From Ginkgo biloba (Eukaryota; Plantae; Ginkgophyta), in assembly GCA_024626585.2 (NCBI GenBank), contig JANKJI020000002.1, positions 103,207,306-103,237,870 of the forward strand: DNA of 30,565 bases, read 5' to 3'. The notes under the pieces were generated by a model that was given only the letters and a program-made list of their open reading frames with translations, was not told the DNA's origin and did no database searches. The translations under genes and the position numbers were made by a program. Below are positions 12,085-23,666 of this stretch, in pieces (the first letter of the stretch is position 1; the number at the start of each line of letters is the position of its first letter).

Positions 12085-12865
12085 TGTATTAACACCTAAA
12101 ATTCCACCAAAATAAATTGGGAAAAAACCATTTATAAAATGCCTAAAACCACTACTTATAATTTTATCTCAAATGGTAAGAAAGAGTTTCAAAAATTTCT
12201 AAAACCACTACTTCACATTTTCCCCTAAATGGTGACACTAAAATCCATTTATAAAGTGACAAAAACCACTAATTAGAATTTTACCACAAATGGTAAAGAG
12301 AATTACCATGGTTTCCCATGGTGTGACCCATTTTGAACTACATGGGAAAGAGAGGAATATTCTTGGAGTTTTGGAAGATAATTAAGAGAATTATTTAAAA
12401 ATAAAAATCCAATCATATTTAATAAAGGAAATTTATTTTTCCTTACAAAAAGGGAGAAGTTAGAGATGAGACTAATTCCAAGCATATTAGAGAAGATAAA
12501 AATCAATGTTTTAGATTAATTGAAAATAAGGTTTTCTCTCACTATATATAATATTTTTTTTTCACAAGAGAAGGAGAGGAAAAATTATATAGTGGAAAAA
12601 CTCTATTGAAATATATGCTCAAAACAAAGAACATACAAGAGACAAAAGGAAGAGGCATTAGTTCAAGAGGGGAAGAAGAGTATTAGAATCTACTTTATTG
12701 GTATAACCCATTTCTTCCCTCATTTATTTATATTAGTTGTATTCTTTGACATCATGCATTTAAAAAAGAATCATTTTATTGTTAATTTGGTATAATTGTT
12801 TTCTATTAATGAATGGTTGTTGTTTATAACTTATGGTACTTTTTCTTGACATTAAATTCACAACA
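12085..12865 (+). mobile_element. Possible LTR remnant with internal subrepeats
   Basis: Starts TGTATTAACACCTAAAATT and ends CACAACA, with a TATA-like ctatatataa near 12542 and internal tandem units. No target-site duplication found. Confidence 0.3.
12125..12300 (+). repeat. Degenerate tandem repeat, three units of about 56-61 bp
   Basis: aaaaccacta(c/a)tt...tttt...aaatggt recurs at 12145, 12201 and 12262. ccatttataaa recurs at about 12128 and 12245. Confidence 0.75.
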
Positions 12866-13849
12866 TTTTAACTTCTCATCTAAAAAGGCAGAGTATTCTC
12901 ATATGTCAATAGCATTCAAGCATATTTCTAGATCAATGTTACAAGGTTTCAACTAGTTGGAGTGATTATTCACTCTCATTTATTAATGTTTCATTTTTTT
13001 TCCAAGTANNNNNNNNNNNNNNNNNNNNNNNNNNNNNNNNNNNNNNNNNNNNNNNNNNNNNNNNNNNNNNNNNNNNNNNNNNNNNNNNNNNNNNNNNNNN
13101 NNNNNNNNNNNNNNNNNNNNNNNNNNNNNNNNNNNNNNNNNNNNNNNNNNNNNNNNNNNNNNNNNNNNNNNNNNNNNNNNNNNNNNNNNNNNNNNNNNNN
13201 NNNNNNNNNNNNNNNNNNNNNNNNNNNNNNNNNNNNNNNNNNNNNNNNNNNNNNNNNNNNNNNNNNNNNNNNNNNNNNNNNNNNNNNNNNNNNNNNNNNN
13301 NNNNNNNNNNNNNNNNNNNNNNNNNNNNNNNNNNNNNNNNNNNNNNNNNNNNNNNNNNNNNNNNNNNNNNNNNNNNNNNNNNNNNNNNNNNNNNNNNNNN
13401 NNNNNNNNNNNNNNNNNNNNNNNNNNNNNNNNNNNNNNNNNNNNNNNNNNNNNNNNNNNNNNNNNNNNNNNNNNNNNNNNNNNNNNNNNNNNNNNNNNNN
13501 NNNNNNNNNNNNNNNNNNNNNNNNNNNNNNNNNNNNNNNNNNNNNNNNNNNNNNNNNNNNNNNNNNNNNNNNNNNNNNNNNNNNNNNNNNNNNNNNNNNN
13601 NNNNNNNNNNNNNNNNNNNNNNNNNNNNNNNNNNNNNNNNNNNNNNNNNNNNNNNNNNNNNNNNNNNNNNNNNNNNNNNNNNNNNNNNNNNNNNNNNNNN
13701 NNNNNNNNNNNNNNNNNNNNNNNNNNNNNNNNNNNNNNNNNNNNNNNNNNNNNNNNNNNNNNNNNNNNNNNNNNNNNNNNNNNNNNNATAAATTTCTAAT
13801 ACCCATTATAGGTCACAATAAATTAATATAAAAAAAAATAGTGAGAAAT

Positions 13850-15436
13850 TTTGAGTTATAGATGGGGGACTATATACTAAACTACTCCTTCTATACATTA
13901 TACCTATTAGAGGAGTTGATGGAATTATCATAATTCAATGGATATAGACCTTAAGAATATATGGAAAAAACCAAATTTAAGACTTCTTATCCTTTAAATT
14001 CTAAGGTGAAGAATTTTATGCATAAGAGATGCAAAAAATAAGGTAGTAAGTTCTTAGTAGATGGATAAGATACTATAAAAGGACACTTAGTATTTGTCAT
14101 AATACTATACCATACGTACGTGAAAATAAATATAGTATTTGAGAGTAAAAAATAAATATAGTATTTGATAGTAAAAAATAAATATAAGATTAAATGGATT
14201 ACATCAGGTAAGTCTTATATTAAAACAAACACAATCAAGTTTTTAAAGATATACCTAAAACCCCACTATTGGATAAGGGAATATAATATATTATTGAGGT
14301 AGAATATGGAAAATATATAACCATTATACAACCTTATAAATATAACTTTACAAAGAAGATAAAAATTAAAATATTGATATAGGATCTAGTATACTTAAGA
14401 GACATCATAGATAGCAAGTGTTAGCACACGACAATAATAGTACTATCCAAGAAAAAATATGGATCTTTTAGGTTATGCATGTATAATGAATCATTGAATA
14501 AAATCACATTTAAAATTAAGTTTATAATTCCATGTATTGATCACCTGATGGATCAACTACATGGATCTTAGTACTTCTCCAAAATAGGCCTCATATTAGG
14601 TTACTATTAAATTTTGATAAGGCTTGAGAATACAAAAAATATTATATTCCAATACATAAAGGATATTTTGAACTAAATATGATTTTATTTGGACTATACA
14701 ATGCTCCAATAACATTTTACAAACATATAAATATATTCTTTATCAATTATTTAAAAATTTTGTATTAGTATTTGTTTATGGAATTATTACTTATAATAGG
14801 AATTGGGAAGGTTGTATCAAACATTTGGATAAGGGACTTAATATTTTAGAAGACTAAGAATTATATGCAAAAGAATCCAAAATGTGCATTTAGATGATAG
14901 TAGCTAGAATAGTTGGAATATATTATAACTAATGAGGGAATACAAGTGGATCCTTATAAAATAGAACATATTAGTTATTATCATAAACAAAAAATAATAA
15001 CAATGTTAAGAGGGTTATTAGGTATGACATGGTTTCATAGGAAGTTTACAAAACATTATTTAGATATTATAGCTCTACTTATAGTTCTTAAAAAAATGGA
15101 TTCATTCAAATAAATTGATACAATGGATAAATTATTTGAAGATCTAAAAATAGTAATAACTACGACTCCCACACTATCTTTTAGAAAACCAATTACACTA
15201 GAATTTGATTCATTGGGAACATAAATTAGTGCAGTAAGGAAAGAGGGAAAACCATTAAATTTTTAAAGAAGGAATATAAATGACAAAGTAAATAACATAA
15301 ACATATAATAAGGAAATTTTCACAATTATATATGAATTAGAAAAATAACATCAATATTTACTCAGAAGTAGGTTTAAGTGAAAATAGATCATAGTAGCTT
15401 AAATTATCTCTTGCAAAAATAATCATTAATAAATGA
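13850..15436 (+). pseudogene. pol: Ty3/gypsy (chromovirus-like) pol: protease end, reverse transcriptase, RNase H
   Basis: MGDYILNY..PIRGVD..IQW; KKKYGSFRLCMYNESLNKITFKIKFIIPCIDHLMDQLHGS*YFSKIGLILGYY*I; FGLYNAPITF; LYAKESKCAF; EGIQVDPYKI...LRGLLGMTWFHRKF (ORF 14913-15113); TTTPTL..KPITLEFDSLGT*ISAV; YNKEIFTII; DHSSLNYLL. Confidence 0.92.
14123..14186 (+). repeat. Near-perfect 26-bp tandem duplication (about 2.5 copies) inside the pol remnant
   Basis: aaataaatatagtatttgagagtaaa / aaataaatatagtatttgatagtaaa / aaataaatata. Confidence 0.85.
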
Positions 15437-15536
15437 NNNNNNNNNNNNNNNNNNNNNNNNNNNNNNNNNNNNNNNNNNNNNNNNNNNNNNNNNNNNNNNN
15501 NNNNNNNNNNNNNNNNNNNNNNNNNNNNNNNNNNNN

Positions 15537-16052
15537 TTTATAGTCCCAATAAGGTTGGGGAAAAATTGAACAATTAATGATAATAGAAGAGTTTTAATCC
15601 TAGCTTGAGGAGAGTTTGATTGAGTAGGTCTAATTAGTTGTGGTATTAAAGTAGGTAAGTATTATATAAGGGGATTAGTATATAGAGGGTAATAATAATA
15701 GTTGTTAAGGACTATAAATGGTTGTAATCCATATGAATTATAACCATATGAAGGGGTACGGTAACTCTAAAGTTGAGGTTGTCTATGTGGATAATACTAT
15801 AGTTACATTTAACTAATATATATATATAAATGAATCAATATCACTAGATAGATTGAAATATAAAATAATTTGGTCTGTAATGATTGTAACGATACATACC
15901 AATGGAATATGTGGATCTCTATATAGAGTGATTGTCCTAAAATCATGTACTAGTTTCATTAGATATCTACATTTGTACTCCATCTTCCTCTTCTCTTTTT
16001 CATCTAAGTGTACTGTAAGCATGAAAATATATCTTTTCCTCCCCTAATAACA
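15537..16052 (+). mobile_element. Probable 3' LTR of the preceding gypsy element
   Basis: Begins ttatagtccc, similar to the TGTTATGTCCC LTR start at 1149. It has a TATA-like attatataaggg and ends ...cctcccctaataaca. It is separated from pol by a 100-N gap. Confidence 0.35.
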
Positions 16053-16510
16053 TACTTCAATTCTTTCAACATAAAGTAATCTTTTGACATGTGATATCCT
16101 TTGAATATTTTGTATTAGAATCATACTACATCAACTAAGTGATTTTATTAGAAATTCAATTAATAAATGTACAAAGTTATTAGTGTGGACAAATATGGCT
16201 TCCTATTATTCAAGTCCAAGTTTTCCATCAATGCAATAATTAAGTACAATATATATTTTCCTTGAGATTAAATTATAGGTTGCTTAATTATTCCTTACTT
16301 ATAATTTTAAATGTGATTCCAATTTAAACTCATTGGTGGAAATGTTACCACCTTAGTTAGTTTATTTTTTTCCCATTTATTTAATCCTTAGGAAAACNNN
16401 NNNNNNNNNNNNNNNNNNNNNNNNNNNNNNNNNNNNNNNNNNNNNNNNNNNNNNNNNNNNNNNNNNNNNNNNNNNNNNNNNNNNNNNNNNNNNNNNNNNN
16501 NNNNNNNNNN

Positions 16511-17024
16511 ATTTTGAAACCTATTCCTCATGGTCATATTTAAGAAATCACCTTGTAATATAATATAGTTTCTTAATATAGTATTCTTGTGACTCTCCTT
16601 CCTCTTATTTTAATCGCAAATTTTCTTCTTAAAAGTCAACGTCTACATAGTATCTCTAATACTTATTTAACAAAATTATCCTCGTCTACTCCTGTATATT
16701 CATTAATCCTCTTTATAGAATCATTAACTAGTTTTAGGGACTCAATATCAATGGGATATTCAACCAAGTGCTCAAATAGACTATGCCCTTTAATTATAGG
16801 AATGGGATATATCTATAGATTAAAATACTATAAGATTATGTCCCATATCCTAATTTTCCCACTTAATTCTAATCACGAGAAAGAAAGAAAGAAATAAAGA
16901 AATTATACTAATGTCCATGGGTGACCAAAAAATGGTCAAACTTACTAAAACATACATCTTGTAATATAGGCAAAGGGAGTGCTCATAACTACTCCAAACA
17001 TAGACTATAATATCAAATTTATAA
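16511..17024 (-). pseudogene. pol: Tat/Athila-like gypsy RNase H to integrase junction remnant
   Basis: Minus strand ELSGKIRIWDIIL*YFNL*IYPIPIIKGHSLFEHLVEYP corresponds to LSGR.A.W...LQEFDL....IKGQ.L.D.L.E.P. Later NYIILQGDF. Confidence 0.5.
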
Positions 17025-18559
17025 NNNNNNNNNNNNNNNNNNNNNNNNNCCTCTAAGGTGTGTGGAGACATGTGGTGAAGGATCAAGAAGGGGTACATAA
17101 AGTTCAAAATAAGTTCATAAAATAAGTAGTCCCCATAAATAAGATCTCTTCCAAATGGAGAAAAATGTTAGAGTTCATCCATTAGGAAATATCTGTCAAT
17201 AGATCTTGAAAACCTCAAATGGGGAAAATAATAGAGCACATCCATCAAGAAATTTCTACCATAAAATCTCTGAAAATGTCTTTGAGAATATCATATAGGG
17301 AGGGTTTTAATTTGTCCAATTGATCTCTTCCATAAGGAAAAATATTCTCAGAAGATAAGCCTTCCTACCACCAAAGGTAGATGGTGTCCTTATTAAAGTG
17401 AAGAAATTGGTAATATGCCACTTGGTTGGGGGCATAGAATATAAATATCTCATGTCCTCTAGAGAATATACTTTAGAGGGTTGAGGGGAACCCAATAAAT
17501 TGTATGATATCCTAAAGGTAGTTCCTAAAATTATAAACTACAAATACCATGGAAAATAATTATCTTTATATTTTGGTATATCTTATTTTATAATTAGATA
17601 AGGCCTTTCTGGTATAGAATGTAGGACTTTTATCCCTTTATTCATCCTCCTACATCCAAATTGCACTTAGGATGATTGGTAATTCATTGGTGTATAAGAT
17701 AAAATACTTTTGAAAATTAGGATTACGGATATGGGCTTGATTGATATCCTCTTTCACCTCACAAAAATATTCCCTTGCTTCTTATATCTAGGTAAATANN
17801 NNNNNNNNNNNNNNNNNNNNNNNNNNNNNNNNNNNNNNNNNNNNNNNNNNNNNNNNNNNNNNNNNNNNNNNNNNNNNNNNNNNNNNNNNNNNNNNNNNCA
17901 CTTATTTAGGATCTAAGAAATAGATATGAACTGTGAAATTAAATTACAATAATTACTAGAATAAAAAGAATACAAAATTAACTTGTATAAGGGAAAATAT
18001 ATAAATTATAAATAATATCTTATCATACTCTATAATAAAATAATAAATTCCTATCTTAACTATTAGGTTTATCAATTCTTGGCTCTAGATTGGGATCCTC
18101 CACCTAATGCTCATNNNNNNNNNNNCACCTATGTAATATTAATTTTTAAAGGGAAAATTATATATGTTCTTTATTAAATTCATATTATTTATAATGAGAT
18201 TTTAACATGAAATATAATCCTCATTTTTTAATCCAAGTCTTGTAAAATCCATCCTAAAGAGGATAGGAAAAATAATAGAGGTAGAATGCATCATGAATTT
18301 ATATAAGACTAAAAGAAAGAAATAAAGAAATGAAGTACTCTCTTAAAGTTGAGATTGGGATCTACACTTTATGCTTAGTGATTTAAATGATAAATTATTT
18401 AACTATATATACTTTCTTAGGGAACTATATCAAGTGGAAACTTTATACTAATAGGTTCATACTAGCTAGGAATCTTATAGATATTAGTACTAGGTCAAAC
18501 TATTTATTGACTATCTCTAGATTATGGGACAATTATAGGTGACCAACAACAAGAGAGAT

Positions 18560-18900
18560 GACGGTATAATACCTAATAATAAATTAGATTTACATTTATT
18601 TCCAAAATTAAAGAAAAATAAAGTGGAAGAGTATAATCAAGTGAGTGAAATAACTTTAGAAAAGGAGAGAAAAGGGCATGTTTAATTTCATGGAGGATGT
18701 ATCTCCTTCCCAAACATTATACAACCCTCCAACTCAAATATAATTATAGAATATGTTCAAGTAGGATAGAAGAGTTATTAAATTCATACCACACAATTAT
18801 GTCACCTTTACAAATGTGGTGTTGTTATGATTCCATACTTCATCCACAAGTTTATGTCAAATTGATTTCTAGGTTAACCTATAGAAGAGATTCCAAGCCT
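18560..18900 (+). pseudogene. Possible retrotransposon gag remnant
   Basis: ORF 18697-18960 (YLLPKHYTTLQLKY...IEE...LHPQVYVKL) loosely resembles the Gag Y.P..Y...L..L.Q...V.EY...GL.P pattern. Confidence 0.3.
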
Positions 18901-20069
18901 TTATTTTTTGTTGGAAAAAACTTATACCTATCGTTTATTCTAAGAGGATATATAATTTAAGAATAATCATGTACAAATCTATAATAAAAACAAAANNNNN
19001 NNNNNNNNNNNNNNNNNNNNNNNNNNNNNNNNNNNNNNNNNNNNNNNNNNNNNNNNNNNNNNNNNNNNNNNNNNNNNNNNNNNNNTAGAATAACCATATA
19101 TTAGCCTATGTTATAACCTAAATAAATATGTTATATTATTTAACATTAATTTTCACCTTATTTATATATTTAACACAAATAAAATCCATTGAAGTATAGA
19201 TCTAAGGATCTACTCTGATTCCATTGAAATGACCAGCTCTAGAATATAAAATATAAACATCTAGACATATTAAATCATGAGAAGGATGTATTTGAGTGGA
19301 TAAATAAGGAATATTTATTACTCATCATAACTATAAATAGTTTCTTATGATTAATACCTCTAATACTTGCTCACATCTATTCCTCTAATTCACTGGGCTA
19401 TTTTTTCCGTATTAAGCTAGATGAGTCCTATTAATACCCAAAATTTATCGCATCGAATTTAGGTTAAAATTCAATTATAATATGCCTAAGATAAATAATT
19501 GGAATTTTACCACACATGGTATAGATATTTCCATAGTGGATTCAAATTACATTACATCGAGAAAGAGGAAAGATTATTACAATTGAGGAAATTACAAAAG
19601 GAATTAGTCAATTAGTTTAAAAAGAATGAAGCTTCTTCTTCCTCATGAGGAAGAAGTTGGAGATGAGATTCAATACCAAGAATATTGGAGTAGATTTTTT
19701 TTTATGTGATTAAATCATGGATAGTAATAGTCCCTTTCAATATATATAACCCCCTCTTTCATAAGAGGATCTGGGAAGGAGAAAATTACTAATGTGATAA
19801 ATCGTTGTTCAATTTTCTATAAAAAGTGGAAGAACATGAAGGATTGGTTAAAATATATAGTGAAAATTAAGAAGGGATATATTGGAAGGAATTTCACCTT
19901 TGATTATCATATCTTCCCATTCTTTTTCCTTCATTCATTTTTTGTACCATTGAATCTTAATCGATTAATAAAAAAATTCTCTATTGCCAATTTCATGTGT
20001 TTAATTTCTATGATGATTATTACCTTATTTTCATATTATTATTTTTCACCTTCTTTAAAGGGAATTGAG

Positions 20070-20664
20070 AGAGAAATTTGATATTCACATTAACTAGAAT
20101 ATCAATACAATACAAATTCTCAATCAACCTAGAATTGATCAATGGATCCTTTAAATACGCTTAGAAACTTGACCACCCTATAGTCACTTGATACTTAATC
20201 ATACAACTATTCAATATATTAAATTATTATATTCCAATTTGTATGACCTAATCTATTTGACACCTATTACATTATAATTCGAATATTTTCTAATGTTCTA
20301 CTCTAATATTTCCTAACACCATGGAGCACATTGATATGTATCTCCTCCATCCTCATTCCTTTTTATCCATAAGTGCTTTTTAGTTTAGAGATATTCATGT
20401 TTCTTGCTACCAATGTGTCTTTTTCTTTGCCACTAATATGTTTCCATAGTAAATCCACAACATTTTTATAAATATACTTAGGATTTAACAAATGTGCTAC
20501 CTTTAGATATTTTCAATATGAGAGTTGGTAAAATAAAGATAGTTGATTCATGCCTTAGGGCATGCCAATAATGACTTGATCTGATTCTTCAATGCTTCTT
20601 TCTTCAATGGATTCCTTTCATATTTTATTTTTAGTGAGCTCATACTTCTCTATAAAATTCGTAG
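20070..20664 (-). pseudogene. Possible hAT transposase C-terminal remnant
   Basis: Minus strand VAHLLNPKYIYK (the AA..LNP.Y motif), then GGQVSK (W..YG...P.L region) and DILVNVNIKFLS (LV.VH.NLRLL dimerisation-domain end), in the expected order. Confidence 0.4.
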
Positions 20665-20764
20665 NNNNNNNNNNNNNNNNNNNNNNNNNNNNNNNNNNNN
20701 NNNNNNNNNNNNNNNNNNNNNNNNNNNNNNNNNNNNNNNNNNNNNNNNNNNNNNNNNNNNNNNN

Positions 20765-21190
20765 GATCTTTGTTAGTGTAGAAGACAAAAAGAAGGTGCC
20801 TAAGAGTGGGCCCTAGTTATTTAACTGTGCAATCCTTTTTATGCAACCTTGGTCACTAGGTTTTAATCTAGCATAGGATCTAATCTCAAAATTCCATGTG
20901 TAATTTAGACTCCACTTCCTCCCTCTAGAGTTATAGGGCCAAAAGTAACAAAAAATTATTGGTGAGAGATTGTGCACCTTTGTGCATTCCTCAAAACTTA
21001 TCCATAAAATAAAGATGGCCTTATATGTGAGAATTTGTGTTAACTTAGACCTATAAAAGCTAATTTTAGATGGTATCACTCTAAAAATTCAAGATTATTC
21101 CTGGGAGTAGTAACTCAATTATAAAGGAATCCATTTTAGATGCAAACATAGTCATGCATATGGCCATTTGAAAAAAAAAAACCCGTAAAA
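20765..21190 (+). pseudogene. L1 LINE ORF1 (DUF4283 plus CCHC zinc knuckle), degenerate
   Basis: One frame reads FVSVEDKKKVPKSGP*LFN...MQPWSLGFN...V*FRLHFLPLEL*...IGERLCTF...YVRICVNLDL*K...YSWE**LNYKGIHFRCKHSHAYGHL, the plant L1 ORF1 signature. Confidence 0.9.
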
Positions 21191-21650
21191 TCTAAAGGTT
21201 GTTCCCCTCGCAAGAACCTATTATGAATCCCATACTAGATTTTCCTAGCATCTCTCGCCCTAAGACCCCTATCAAGTCATCATCCCCTAAGGCCTCTGTA
21301 AGTTGGAGAGGGAACCCTCTTCTCATCAGAATAGTTTTGGTTATTTGTCCTCTAATGATGATCCTATCGAGTCTCATATTCCTACCTCTAACCATCCCTA
21401 ATCCTCTAAGGTTCTTGTGCCCTCTCCTATTGAGAGTTATTATTCCCTATCTAATCCTTAAAATTTGGCCTCCTCAATAGCCTCCTACAAGAAGGCCTAT
21501 GCTCAGGTATTATTCCCTTCTCAACCTCATCCTAAATCTTTCCTGACCCTCTATCCTATCACCAAATTTCCCCCTCAAGTTCTTGTAAATGTCTCCGTCC
21601 CTCCTATATAGGTTTCTTGTGTCTTAGGGATAAATCTTGATTTACTCCTT
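21191..21650 (+). other. C/T-rich low-complexity (Pro/Ser-rich) L1 ORF1 tail
   Basis: A pyrimidine-rich stretch directly follows the zinc knuckle (ORF 21199-21480, PSISRPKTPIKSSSPK). Confidence 0.5.
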
Positions 21651-21654
21651 AAAG

Positions 21655-22400
21655 GTATGGTCCCTACACCTCTCACCCATGTAAGATGGTAGGTGTGACC
21701 AATGAGTAAAAGAGTAAGATCTTTATTCGAATGTCCTGGAACTGAAGTTGAAAAAATTACTTTTTAAGGGTGGTAAGAGTTGCATATCCCTTGCTTTAGC
21801 TTCTCTAGAGATGCTTAGAGGCGTGGTCCAGAGAAGAGGACCCCCGAATAAACATATGAAGAGACTACCTCAACCCTCTCATTNNNNNNNNNNNNNNNNN
21901 NNNNNNNNNNNTAAGTAAGAATCACCTTACTTGCCTCCCTTTTAGGGTTGTTAAAAGCCATGAATTTTATTTTTCCCATATTAACCTAAAGCTTATGAGT
22001 GTGACAAAAGGAAGCTAGGATATCAAGTTGTCTTTGGAGGCCCCTCATCGAGTGGGACATGAGGATAATATCATCTGCAAATAGGAGAATAGAAATAGAG
22101 ACTCTGAGGACTAAGCAACCATGTGTGGCACCCAATGAATTCAATATGATTTCCTCTATCTCATCAATATAGAGTCCAAAAAGTGCGGGAGAGAGCGGAA
22201 AACCTTGTTTAAATCCTATAGTACTCTAGACCTCCTCTATCTCACCAGCCTGTGTTCTTACTTTGCCAACAATGGTCTCATAAAGTGTCATCACAAGCGA
22301 GACCACCAAGGGTGAAAGACCCAAATCCTTAATCCTATCAACTAGCAAGTGTCGGGGGACTGTGTCAAATGCCTTGCAAAAATCCACAAAGCAATAATAA
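21655..22400 (-). mobile_element. 5'-truncated non-L1 LINE (RTE/RTEX-like) reverse transcriptase, antisense to the flanking L1 parts
   Basis: Minus strand, single frame: YYCFVDFCKAFDTVPRHLL...STIGFKQGFPLSPALFGLYIDE...ISILLFADDIILMS...GLQRQLDILASFC...VNMGKIKFMAF. After a small gap: EVVSSYVYSG, FQDIRIKILLFYSLVTPTILHG*EV*G. Confidence 0.92.
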
Positions 22401-22416
22401 AATTCTGAAATTGGTT

Positions 22417-22593
22417 TTAATGCTTGTTAGTAAGTGTAAACAATGCAGCTGCACTCTTCAAGTCATGTACCAGTAAATGCTCTAGGGACCCAGCTTCCTT
22501 CAACGTAGATTCTGCACTGCAAGCAGCATCAAATGTAACAATTACAGAGTCCAACAAATCCCACAACAGAGACATATTGTTCATATGATTAAT
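22417..22593 (-). other. Short open, coding-like segment (possible host exon fragment)
   Basis: 58 open codons INHMNNMSLLWDLLDSVIVTFDAACSAESTLKEAGSLEHLLVHDLKSAAALFTLTNKH*, preceded by ...ttggtAG. It is rich in CAG/CTG, unlike the surrounding DNA. Confidence 0.3.
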
Positions 22594-23666
22594 CTACCAA
22601 CCATTAAAAATAGAATTATCCTTTTGTGTTTTGTATAAGGTGCATGAAGATCTTGTAGGAGCAAGGACTTGCATTAGTGGAAGGAGATTCAACAAAAGAA
22701 TATCAAGTTACTTCATATTCCAAATAAGTCCACGTGCTCTTCTTTTATTGTTGATCGGTAGTTGGGGAGTGCTTGTACCTTGGGTGTGATGGTCATTCAT
22801 TTATATTAATCTATCCAATCCCATATATATCCAAATGCTTTCAATGCACTCCAAAAGAACTTTTGATGNNNNNNNNNNNNNNNNNNNNNNNNNNNNNNNN
22901 NNNNNNNNNNNNNNNNNNNNNNNNNNNNNNNNNNNNNNNNNNNNNNNNNNNNNNNNNNNNNNNNNNNNNNNNNNNNNNNNNNNNNNNNNNNNNNNNNNNN
23001 NNNNNNNNNNNNNNNNNNNNNNNNNNNNNNNNNNNNNNNNNNNNNNNNNNNNNNNNNNNNNNNNNNNNNNNNNNNNNNNNNNNNNNNNNNNNNNNNNNNN
23101 NNNNNNNNNNNNNNNNNNNNNNNNNNNNNNNNNNNNNNNNNNNNNNNNNNNNNNNNNNNNNNNNNNNNNNNNNNNNNNNNNNNNNNNNNNNNNNNNNNNN
23201 NNNNNNNNNNNNNNNNNNNNNNNNNNNNNNNNNNNNNNNNNNNNNNNNNNNNNNNNNNNNNNNNNNNNNNNNNNNNNNNNNNNNNNNNNNNNNNNNNNNN
23301 NNNNNNNNNNNNNNNNNNNNNNNNNNNNNNNNNNNNNNNNNNNNNNNNNNNNNNNNNNNNNNNNNNNNNNNNNNNNNNNNNNNNNNNNNNNNNNNNNNNN
23401 NNNNNNNNNNNNNNNNNNNNNNNNNNNNNNNNNNNNNNNNNNNNNNNNNNNNNNNNNNNNNNNNNNNNNNNNNNNNNNNNNNNNNNNNNNNNNNNNNNNN
23501 NNNNNNNNNNNNNNNNNNNNNNNNNNNNNNNNNNNNNNNNNNNNNNNNNNNNNNNNNNNNNNNNNNNNNNNNNNNNNNNNNNNNNNNNNNNNNNNNNNNN
23601 NNNNNNNNNNNNNNNNNNNNNNNNNNNNNNNNNNNNNNNNNNNNNNNNNNNNNNNNNNNNNNNNNN

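Noticed and set aside
12962-13831. Long ORFs of 271-305 aa here and at 22773-23723 (also 2488-2811, 4143-4506)
   Set aside because: They consist almost entirely of N-derived X residues and are assembly-gap artefacts.
19794-20081. Hydrophobic short ORFs (also 16589-16897, 26206-26445, 15813-16047, 12303-12506) as membrane proteins
   Set aside because: They have the F/I/L-rich composition expected from AT-rich DNA, and several are antisense to recognisable TE frames.
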